DNA of 64,000 nucleotides from Anoxybacillus sp. GTDB taxonomy: Bacteria > Bacillota > Bacilli > Bacillales > Anoxybacillaceae. The stretch is from positions 816 through 64,815 of the forward strand of contig JAILZV010000001.1 in NCBI GenBank assembly GCA_023512315.1, written 5' to 3'. Under the pieces are notes generated by a model that saw only the letters and a program-made list of their open reading frames with translations, was not told the DNA's origin and did no database searches. The position numbers were made by a program, and so were the translations under genes. Below, piece by piece: positions 19,650-27,468 of this stretch; positions within the stretch are counted from its first letter, which is position 1; the number at the start of each line of letters is the position of its first letter.

Positions 19650-21596
19650 ATGAAGTGGAGCGAATTTTTCGTGACGGGCGAGCCGCTAATTTATGCCGCG
19701 GACGTGTCCATTGTGTTGACGGTAATCGGCATTGTCTTTATTCTAACGTATTTTAAAAAGTGGAAATGGCTTTGGGATGAATGGTTGACGACGGTTGATC
19801 ATAAAAAAATCGGCGTGATGTACATCATTTCTGCGGTGCTGATGCTGTTTCGCGGTGGGGTTGATGCGTTGCTGATGCGCGCGCAATTAACAGCACCGAA
19901 TATGAAGTTTCTTGACTCTCAACATTATAACGAAATTTTTACGACGCACGGGACGATTATGATTTTATTTATGGCGATGCCTTTTATTATTGGACTGATG
20001 AACATTGTCGTACCGTTGCAAATCGGGGCGCGTGATGTGGCGTATCCGTATTTAAATGCGTTAAGTTTCTGGTTGTTTTTTGTCGGAGCGATGTTGTTTA
20101 ATATTGCGTTTGTCATTGGCGGTTCACCGGATGCAGGTTGGACAGCGTATTTTCCGCTTGCTGGGAACGAGTTTAGCCCGGGAGTTGGGAACAACTATTA
20201 CGCGGTCGCTTTGCAAATTTCCGGTATTGGTACGCTCATGACGGGGATTAACTTTTTAGTCACTATTTTAAAAATGCGTGCGCTAGGAATGACGCTTATG
20301 CGCATGCCAATGTTTACGTGGACGATTCTGATCACATGTGTGTTAATTATTTTTGCGTTCCCGGTGTTAACCGTAGCGTTGGCATTGATGACGTTTGACC
20401 GTTTGTTTGATACACAGTTCTTTACGATGGCAAACGGTGGTATGTCGATGCTTTGGGCAAACTTATTCTGGATTTGGGGACATCCGGAAGTGTACATCGT
20501 TATTTTGCCATCTTTCGGGATTTTTTCAGAGGTTGTTAGTACGTTTGCTCGCAAGCGTTTATTTGGCTATAAAGCGATGGTTGGCTCCATCGTTGGAATT
20601 GCGTTTTTAAGTTTTATTGTTTGGGTGCATCATTTCTTTACGATGGGGGCAGGAGCGGCTGTTAACTCGTTTTTCTCGATTACAACGATGGCGATTGCAA
20701 TTCCGACTGGTGTGAAAATTTTTAACTGGCTGTTTACGCTCCGCAAAGGGCGAATTCGCTTTACAACGGCGATGCTTTGGTCGCTCGCGTTCATTCCAAA
20801 CTTCGTCATCGGCGGGGTTACCGGGGTGATGCTTGCGATGGCAGCGGCGGATTATCAGTATCATAATAGTTATTTCTTGATTGCGCATTTCCATTATGTC
20901 TTAATCGCAGGTACAGTGTTTGCCTGCTTTGCCGGCCTGCATTATTGGTATCCGAAAATGTTCGGTCATATGTTGAACGAGCGATTAGGAAAATGGACAT
21001 TTTGGTTGTTTATGATTGGGTTTAACGTTTGTTTCTTCCCGATGTATTTCTTAGGACTCATGGGGATGACGCGACGCATGTACACATATTCTGCGGGACT
21101 TGGCTGGACGCCGCTCAATGTAGTCGCGACAATTGGCGCGGCATTGATGGGAATCGGTTTTCTTGTGCTTTGCTATAACATTTACTATAGCGCACGTTAC
21201 GGTGAGCGCGACATGACGGGAGATCCGTGGGATGGTCGTACGCTCGAGTGGGCGACATCTTCTCCGGTTGCGCATTATAACTTTGCGGTGATTCCAGAAG
21301 TGAAGGATTTGGATGCATATTGGGAGATGAAGAAATCCGGAAAAGGCTTTGAAATGGACGAGGAGAAATTGAAACCAATTCATATGCCAAGCAATTCCGG
21401 ACGCCCGTTCTTAATATCGATTGCCTTTTTCTTTGCAGGGTTCGGCCTTGTGTTTAAATGGTTTACGCTAGCGATTATCGCTGCAGTATTCATCATTCTC
21501 GGTTTAATTCTTCGTTCGTTTGATGATGACGACGGTTACTATATCAGTGTAGACGAAATCAAGCGTACGGAGCGTTTGACGCGAAAGGAGGCATAA
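19650..21596 (+). CDS. qoxB: Cytochrome aa3 quinol oxidase subunit I
   Basis: 648 aa heme-copper oxidase subunit I (WFFGHPEVY-type motif: [14 protein letters not shown]). Confidence 0.95.
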   Translation: MKWSEFFVTGEPLIYAADVSIVLTVIGIVFILTYFKKWKWLWDEWLTTVDHKKIGVMYIISAVLMLFRGGVDALLMRAQLTAPNMKFLDSQHYNEIFTTHGTIMILFMAMPFIIGLMNIVVPLQIGARDVAYPYLNALSFWLFFVGAMLFNIAFVIGGSPDAGWTAYFPLAGNEFSPGVGNNYYAVALQISGIGTLMTGINFLVTILKMRALGMTLMRMPMFTWTILITCVLIIFAFPVLTVALALMTFDRLFDTQFFTMANGGMSMLWANLFWIWGHPEVYIVILPSFGIFSEVVSTFARKRLFGYKAMVGSIVGIAFLSFIVWVHHFFTMGAGAAVNSFFSITTMAIAIPTGVKIFNWLFTLRKGRIRFTTAMLWSLAFIPNFVIGGVTGVMLAMAAADYQYHNSYFLIAHFHYVLIAGTVFACFAGLHYWYPKMFGHMLNERLGKWTFWLFMIGFNVCFFPMYFLGLMGMTRRMYTYSAGLGWTPLNVVATIGAALMGIGFLVLCYNIYYSARYGERDMTGDPWDGRTLEWATSSPVAHYNFAVIPEVKDLDAYWEMKKSGKGFEMDEEKLKPIHMPSNSGRPFLISIAFFFAGFGLVFKWFTLAIIAAVFIILGLILRSFDDDDGYYISVDEIKRTERLTRKEA

Positions 21597-21599
21597 AGA

Positions 21600-22214
21600 A
21601 TGGCAGAAGCAGCTCATCATTATGATGAAACGATGCCATTAGAGTATCGGACGGAAGAAAGCCGCCTCAATATTTTAGGGTTTTGGATTTTCCTTGGCGC
21701 TGAGGTCGCGTTGTTTGCGACCTTGTTCGCCACCTATCTTGTCTTATTCCAACGAACTGGTCATGGACCGACAACCGCTGATTTATTTGAAATCAAAGAT
21801 GTCATGATTGAAACGCTTCTTCTTTTGACGAGTAGTTTCACATGCGGCCTTGCTGTATTTGAGATGCGCCGCCGCCGATTGACAGGATTGCTAGTATGGT
21901 TATTGGTGACGCTTCTGTTAGGGGCAGGGTTCATCACATTTGAGGTTCGTGAGTTCATCCATTATGTTCACGAAGGGGCAACGATGCAAACGAGCGCGTT
22001 TCTTTCAAGCTTCTTTGTGCTTGTTGGGACGCACGGAGCGCACGTGAGCCTTGGAATTGGCTGGATGACGCTCATTATTATTCAGCTTTTGCAGCGAGGA
22101 TTTACGCCAAGAACGGCACGCAAAGTGTTTATTGTCAGCTTGTACTGGCATTTCCTTGACGTTGTCTGGATTTTCATCTTTACGCTAGTTTATTTGACAG
22201 GGATGGTGATGTAA
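21600..22214 (+). CDS. qoxC: Cytochrome aa3 quinol oxidase subunit III
   Basis: 204 aa subunit-III-like membrane protein in the operon position. Confidence 0.9.
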   Translation: MAEAAHHYDETMPLEYRTEESRLNILGFWIFLGAEVALFATLFATYLVLFQRTGHGPTTADLFEIKDVMIETLLLLTSSFTCGLAVFEMRRRRLTGLLVWLLVTLLLGAGFITFEVREFIHYVHEGATMQTSAFLSSFFVLVGTHGAHVSLGIGWMTLIIIQLLQRGFTPRTARKVFIVSLYWHFLDVVWIFIFTLVYLTGMVM

Positions 22215-22215
22215 G

Positions 22216-22515
22216 ATGGGTACAAACTATCACCATGAAACATTTCCTTGGAAACATATTGTCGGGTTCATTTTATCGCTTGTTTTGACGTTTGCCGCAT
22301 TGTGGATTGCGTTTTCTTCAGGGCTTGCGACAAAGGCAATTCTTACTGGAATCGTCGTACTCGCAGTGTTACAAGCAGTGCTGCAGCTATTTATGTTCAT
22401 GCACGTGACTGAAAGCGACAGCGGCAAAATCCAAACGATCAATATGGCATACAGCTTTTTTATCGCCATTGTTGTCGTGGCAGGTTCGATTTGGACGATG
22501 GCGTTTGTGTTATAA
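22216..22515 (+). CDS. qoxD: Cytochrome aa3 quinol oxidase subunit IV
   Basis: 99 aa protein with 3 TM segments, in the operon position. Confidence 0.85.
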   Translation: MGTNYHHETFPWKHIVGFILSLVLTFAALWIAFSSGLATKAILTGIVVLAVLQAVLQLFMFMHVTESDSGKIQTINMAYSFFIAIVVVAGSIWTMAFVL

Positions 22516-22608
22516 TAATATGGATTTGTCTTTTTTGTAAAAGGCATCGGTTGTTTTATAAGTGGTAATACCTAAAACATTTCAGAAAAAATAGAAAAAT
22601 TGTGATTT

Positions 22609-22655
22609 GAGGTTGTCGGAGAAAGTTTTTTCTTTCTTGGCAACCTCTTATTTTA
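22609..22655 (+). terminator. qox operon terminator
   Basis: GAGGTTGTCGGAGAAAG / CTTTCTTGGCAACCTC stem (with G-U pairs) followed by TTATTTTA. Confidence 0.7.
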
Positions 22656-22821
22656 TGTGAAACATTAGGTGATATACCAAAATTTTTATTGACAGAATTG
22701 ATATTTTTCTATTATTCAATCATCAACAGTTCAAATTAGGAAATTAATTATATTTTTGTATATTATTTACTAATGACAAACGTTGTTTCAACAAAAGGGC
22801 AGAGTCGAAGGAGAGGAGGAG

Positions 22822-22878
22822 ATGTCTTTTTGGAGTTCATTAAGCAAATTAGGACATTTTGTCGAGAAAAAGGTATAG
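22822..22878 (+). CDS. Possible 18-aa peptide MSFWSSLSKLGHFVEKKV. An in-frame TAG is followed by 13 more sense codons.
   Basis: A very strong SD GGAGAGGAGGAG lies directly upstream of the ATG. It sits 46 bp from the IS end. Confidence 0.3.
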   Translation: MSFWSSLSKLGHFVEKKV

Positions 22879-22923
22879 CAGACGGTAAAGCATGTCGCAA
22901 ATGGCGTCAAGAAAGTGTAGAGA

Positions 22924-24170
22924 CACGCGTGTTGATTAACCAATAATATCCATAAACATCATAGAAAAAAGAGCACTTTTCCTGTAGAATGTAAGTAACG
23001 ACACAAACCTAGGAGGTGCTCTCTATAAACAAGCATACCACACTCCCAAATGTGATGCAAAAAATTGTTTCTGATGAAGATCTCCAGTCGATTATAGAAG
23101 CTGTTGGCTACCACGACATTTCGTGGACGTTTACGGAGCGCACGTTGGTTGACTTTTTTCTGTTGGCGGCACTTCACGAATGGAAAAGCTTCCGCTATCG
23201 TGCCGATGTGGTGAAGATGTACGGGTTGCCGACGTTTCATTACTCGACGGTTTCTAAGAAAGCGAAAGAAGTTCCGTACGAGGTGATGAAGCGCTTATTT
23301 GCTTTGGTGGTTTCGAAGTGCAATCGACAAACCCGCCGTTCGCTTCGCTTTCCAAAAGCATTGCGTGTAGTAGACTCCACGACCGTCACCGTGGGGAAAA
23401 ACCGCCTGACATGGGCTCCCTATCATGGGGAACGATCAGGAGTGAAAATGCACGTCGCGTATTCCCCGGAGCAACAAATGCCGAGCGACATCGTAGAAAC
23501 CGTAGGGCTACGCCACGATGGACCGATTGGAGAACAGCTCACAGACGTGCAATCGGTTCTTGTCGAGGATCGAGCGTACTTCAAAATCGAACGCCTCGAT
23601 CGGTTTGTCGAGCAGAAGCAACCATTTGTGATACGGATGAAAGACAATGTCGAGATTCATCAGAAAAAGAGCCTAAAACGACTTCCTTCCTCCTCTTCTT
23701 CCATTTTGGCGGACTTTACTTGTCAGCTAGGAACGAAACAATGTCGTTCCAAGAAGCGCCATCGTGTCGTGATCTTTCAAGATGCAAACGGGCATGAAAT
23801 CCGTGTGGTCACGAACGTCTTGGAGGCATCGGCGGAAAAGATTGCCGAGATGTATCAAGCACGTTGGACAGTGGAAGTGTTTTTCCGATGGATCAAGCAA
23901 TACCTAAACGTTCCGACCTTATTTGGCACCAGCGAGGATGCGGTATACAACCAGCTTTTTGCGGCATTTATCGCTTATGTGCTACTGAGATGGCTATATC
24001 ATCGCACGGAAAAACGGACAACCTCGTCCCTTACCTTTCTTTCGTTTGTTCGTCGTTTTTTCTCTGGACAACTTCCTCTCGAATGGAAATCCGAGATGGC
24101 AGCTGTCTTATTTGAGTATGCTCGAATATACGGGAGGAGTATGCCTAATTTTGGATAATCAACAGCCGTG
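22924..24170 (+). mobile_element. Intact IS4-family insertion sequence (~1.25 kb)
   Basis: Terminal inverted repeats CACGCGTGTTGATTAACC (left) and GGATAATCAACAGCCGTG (right) match at 15/18. The right boundary is confirmed by where the second copy at 38578 diverges. No target duplication is evident. Confidence 0.8.
23016..24158 (+). CDS. IS4-family DDE transposase
   Basis: The Y-x2-R-x3-E-x6-K signature is read directly (YQARWTVEVFFRWIK). The start is uncertain: GTG 23016 overlaps the SD, and ATG 23055 is the alternative. Confidence 0.85.
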   Translation: MLSINKHTTLPNVMQKIVSDEDLQSIIEAVGYHDISWTFTERTLVDFFLLAALHEWKSFRYRADVVKMYGLPTFHYSTVSKKAKEVPYEVMKRLFALVVSKCNRQTRRSLRFPKALRVVDSTTVTVGKNRLTWAPYHGERSGVKMHVAYSPEQQMPSDIVETVGLRHDGPIGEQLTDVQSVLVEDRAYFKIERLDRFVEQKQPFVIRMKDNVEIHQKKSLKRLPSSSSSILADFTCQLGTKQCRSKKRHRVVIFQDANGHEIRVVTNVLEASAEKIAEMYQARWTVEVFFRWIKQYLNVPTLFGTSEDAVYNQLFAAFIAYVLLRWLYHRTEKRTTSSLTFLSFVRRFFSGQLPLEWKSEMAAVLFEYARIYGRSMPNFG

Positions 24171-24230
24171 TAATGATTAGTCTCTTAAAATGGAGGAGGA
24201 ATTAATTATGAAATGAGGAGGTTATTTTCG

Positions 24231-25274
24231 ATGAGGAAAAAGATTGCAACATTTTTACTCTTCCTTTTTATGTTTCAAGTCGGGGTTTCTTCCTATGGAC
24301 AAGCTGCTGAGCCCCCTTACTTCGCTGCTATTAGCGATGTACATGAAGGGATGGTAGCGGTTTGGGATGAGTTTCATTGGGGATTTATGGATGTTACAGG
24401 GAAAATCGTTATTAAATTACAATATGAGGATGTTTGGTTTTTCAGAGAAGGACTAGCGCCGGTTAAGAAAAACGGGAAATGGGGATTTATTGACAAAAAA
24501 GGTAAATTGGTTATAAAAAATCAGTATGATCGAGCATTCCCATTTAGTGAAGGGATTGCAATTGTCATTAAGGATGGGAAAATCACTTATATCAATAAAA
24601 AAGGAAAAGAAATTGTTAGAACATCGTACACAGATTCTTATATAGATTTTCATGAGGGATTAGTAGGTGTTCAGAAAAATGGGAAATGGGGATTCATAGA
24701 TAAAACAGGAAAAGAAGTTATTAAACCTCAATTTGATAAAGTACTCAATTTTTATGAAGGCTTAGCTGCTATCCAAAAAAACCGAAAATGGGGGTTTATT
24801 AATAAGAAAGGTCAAATAGTTATTGTTCCTCAATATGATCAAGCTTACGAATTTTCGGAAGGATTGGCACCAGTAAATGTGAAGGGAAAATGGGGATTTA
24901 TTGATAAGAAAGGGAAATTGGTCATCAAGCCAAAATTTGATGGAGTTCATAATGGTGAGGACAGTTTCTCTCCAGGCTTTCACGAAGGATTGGCAGCAGT
25001 GTTAGTAAATAATAAATGGGGATTCATTAATCAGAAGGGTGAGTTCCAAATTAAACCTAAATACACGGAAATGAATGCGTCTTTCCATGAAGGAGTTGCG
25101 ATCGTAAGAACAGAAGAATATTTGCCAGCTTACATTGATAAAACAGGAAAAATTCTTTTAGAAGGAGATGAAAGTGAGACATTTGGAACTTTTGACAATG
25201 GTGTAGCTGTTATTCGCAGTACGGGAAACTACTCTTTCTTTAAAAACTCTTTAAAAAAAGGGAAAAAGAATTAA
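24231..25274 (+). CDS. Secreted WG-repeat (KWG/WG_beta_rep) protein
   Basis: Signal peptide followed by about eight units of the type GKWGFIDKKGKLVIKPQYD. ATG 24231 lies 9 nt after GAGGAGG; ATG 24213 is the alternative. Confidence 0.8.
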   Translation: MRKKIATFLLFLFMFQVGVSSYGQAAEPPYFAAISDVHEGMVAVWDEFHWGFMDVTGKIVIKLQYEDVWFFREGLAPVKKNGKWGFIDKKGKLVIKNQYDRAFPFSEGIAIVIKDGKITYINKKGKEIVRTSYTDSYIDFHEGLVGVQKNGKWGFIDKTGKEVIKPQFDKVLNFYEGLAAIQKNRKWGFINKKGQIVIVPQYDQAYEFSEGLAPVNVKGKWGFIDKKGKLVIKPKFDGVHNGEDSFSPGFHEGLAAVLVNNKWGFINQKGEFQIKPKYTEMNASFHEGVAIVRTEEYLPAYIDKTGKILLEGDESETFGTFDNGVAVIRSTGNYSFFKNSLKKGKKN

Positions 25275-25305
25275 GAGGCTAACGAAAATGTTAGTCTCTT
25301 TTTTT
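25275..25305 (+). terminator. Terminator of the WG-repeat gene
   Basis: GAGGCTAAC/GTTAGTCTC stem followed by T7. Confidence 0.7.
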
Positions 25306-25373
25306 CGACATTTATAGACGAAGTTCGACAATTATGATATGAGTTACTTTCGTCCATAGAATTTTTTATGTCT

Positions 25374-25408
25374 CCCTTACGCTTATATAGCGTAGGGGGC
25401 TTTTTTTT
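25374..25408 (+). terminator. Second terminator-like hairpin, 65 nt after the first
   Basis: CCCTTACGC/GCGTAGGG stem followed by T8. Confidence 0.6.
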
Positions 25409-25579
25409 GCACGTGATTTGTATTACAAAATGTCGGAAAATGGCGAATTTCAGCGATAAATTTCTTGAAGTGTGGTGAATTTTGTCGAAAGAATGAAATT
25501 GAAACTAAATTATACATATAATAACATAGTTGTATTGTTATACATAGAAAAATTGGTTTTTACGGGGAGAGAGGATGGA

Positions 25580-27124
25580 ATGCCGTATACATCAAAAGGT
25601 ACCTTCTATGTTTTTCACCCGTGTCAATATCATCATGAGGCACCGACAGTTTTATTAATTAATGGTTTAGGATGTAATATGACGATTTGGGATGATATTG
25701 TGCCGATGTTGACGAAATCGTTTCATGTGATTCAATATGATTTTCGCGATACGGGTGCTTCTTTGCGAAGCAAAGTAGAAGCATCCTTGGGTTGGAGCGT
25801 ATTTCTTGAAGAGATAGAAAATATATTTGTTTGCTGCAATATATCTTCAAACGTACATCTTGTCGGTCACGGTGCAGGGGGATTAATTGCTTTAAAGTTC
25901 GCTGAGCGTCATTCGTATGTACAATCTGTAACATTAATTAATACACCTTTATACGTTCCAAGTAGCGTAATTGAAAAGGAAATGAATTTGAGGATGTCAA
26001 CAGCTCTATATAGCGAATTAATTGATTGTATTACCCCATTATTATGTTATCCAAATACGCCTTCTAAAATGCAAAGATTAAAGAAGATGATGATGAGTTG
26101 GTCGTTTCATACATACCTAGATTATTTTTGTTTTTTTTGCAAGGAGATAGGAAAGGATTTTTTATCTTTTTCTAATTTAGGTGTTCCTGTGTGTATTTTA
26201 GCAGGGGAAAAAGATTCGCTTTATCCTACTCAAATGCAATTTTCATATACGCATTTATTTAGCAACGGGCGTTTTTTTATCATTCCAAATGCATCTAATT
26301 TAGTCATGATCGATCAACCAGAATTATGTGCTCAATTTATTATTCATTTTGCTTCTTCAGAGAAAGAACAAAATCCTTCTCCGTATTTCTTATATAATAT
26401 GATTCCTACATACGGTAGTTTGCAGGAGGATTTGCAAAACATTTTCAAGCGGAGGAATATAGAAGTATACTGCCTTTCATCATTTAAAGTAATGGTTAAC
26501 GGCAAAGAAATTGTTGGGCGATGGAATCGCCGAAAAGCGAAAAATATTTTTCTATTTATTGCGTACTATCATTCTGTTACACGTGAACAACTATACGAAG
26601 AGTTTTGGCCGAACATAGACATCACCTCGGCACAGAATCAGCTGCGTGTATCATTAGCTCATATAAGACATATTTTTAAACAAAATGGAATTTCAATCGA
26701 TGAAATAATGTTTATTGATCGGAAAACAATAAGCATTCAACCTTTATGTTATGTAGATATTTTTGGTTTAGAAAAAAGCATTGAAGCAATGAAAGCAGAG
26801 CAACGTATAGAAGTGAAAGAAAAAATGTATATTAGTGTAGTTAGCAACTTAGGTAAATATTTTTTCCCTGATTTATATGATGATTGGATTGTTATGAAAA
26901 AATATGATATGGAAGAAGAGCTATATGCAATTGGCGAACAATTGCTTGGACAAATAAGATTAGCGAAACGGCGATATGAGCTTTTGAAAATTATGTTAAA
27001 AATGAATCTGGTTAAAGAGGGATTGCTAAATGAATTTGTTTGTCTAAGCAGGAAGCTAGGAAAAGAGCAAGACATTCTGAAATATATTTGCCGTGATTTT
27101 GACATGCATACATTGGAGTATTAA
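25580..27124 (+). CDS. Fusion protein: N-terminal alpha/beta-hydrolase fold lacking the catalytic Ser and His, plus a C-terminal SARP-type winged-helix DNA-binding domain and BTAD
   Basis: The nucleophile elbow reads G-H-G-A-G (25865-25879) instead of G-x-S-x-G. The His position reads ASN. The C-terminal half has the SARP pattern (FKVMVNGKEI..RRKAKNIFLFIAYY..REQLYEEFWP..LRVSLAHIRH) followed by a BTAD-like helical region. ATG 25580 after GGAGAGAGGA. Confidence 0.7.
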   Translation: MPYTSKGTFYVFHPCQYHHEAPTVLLINGLGCNMTIWDDIVPMLTKSFHVIQYDFRDTGASLRSKVEASLGWSVFLEEIENIFVCCNISSNVHLVGHGAGGLIALKFAERHSYVQSVTLINTPLYVPSSVIEKEMNLRMSTALYSELIDCITPLLCYPNTPSKMQRLKKMMMSWSFHTYLDYFCFFCKEIGKDFLSFSNLGVPVCILAGEKDSLYPTQMQFSYTHLFSNGRFFIIPNASNLVMIDQPELCAQFIIHFASSEKEQNPSPYFLYNMIPTYGSLQEDLQNIFKRRNIEVYCLSSFKVMVNGKEIVGRWNRRKAKNIFLFIAYYHSVTREQLYEEFWPNIDITSAQNQLRVSLAHIRHIFKQNGISIDEIMFIDRKTISIQPLCYVDIFGLEKSIEAMKAEQRIEVKEKMYISVVSNLGKYFFPDLYDDWIVMKKYDMEEELYAIGEQLLGQIRLAKRRYELLKIMLKMNLVKEGLLNEFVCLSRKLGKEQDILKYICRDFDMHTLEY

Positions 27125-27162
27125 TAAACGTGTTACTGCTCAGAAAATTAAATACAAACTCA

Positions 27163-27182
27163 GACACGTTGATTAACCAATA
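27163..27182 (+). repeat. Solo copy of the IS4-element left terminal repeat
   Basis: GACAC-GTTGATTAACCAATA matches the IS left end 22923-22945 (GACACGCGTGTTGATTAACCAATA), differing only in a 3-nt gap. Similarity stops immediately after. Confidence 0.5.
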
Positions 27183-27233
27183 GAAACTATGTAAATATAA
27201 ATGGAAGGTTAGTAGCCTCTCCATTTTTCTACC

Positions 27234-27264
27234 GTAGTCAGCAAACGAACCGTTTGCCGACTAC
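27234..27264. repeat. Palindromic hairpin GTAGTCAGCAAACG-AAC-CGTTTGCCGACTAC
   Basis: 14-bp arms with 1 mismatch. The core is related to the hairpin at 55651-55681. Confidence 0.6.
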
Positions 27265-27283
27265 GAGTATTTGGCATCCCCAC

Positions 27284-27391
27284 CTATATAAATACAGGTT
27301 GATTTTTCGACATATGCAGACTGCTTTGATTATTCTTTTAGTCAATTTAAGCGGTCTTGCTTATGTCGACTTTTCGATCCAAACCCATATA
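27284..27391 (+). repeat. MITE-like element, copy L (108 bp)
   Basis: It is the reverse complement of 37094-37196. The first ~66 bp are near identical, then there is a 5-bp indel, then ~85% identity. Each copy has internal TCGACATA/TATGTCGA symmetry and CTATATA/CATATA ends. Confidence 0.85.
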
Positions 27392-27468
27392 AACAATGAA
27401 CGTTTTGCAAGCAATTTTTATTTGTCTTAAAGGGTTTTAGGCTGTCGAACTTAAAGTTTAAAATGCGC

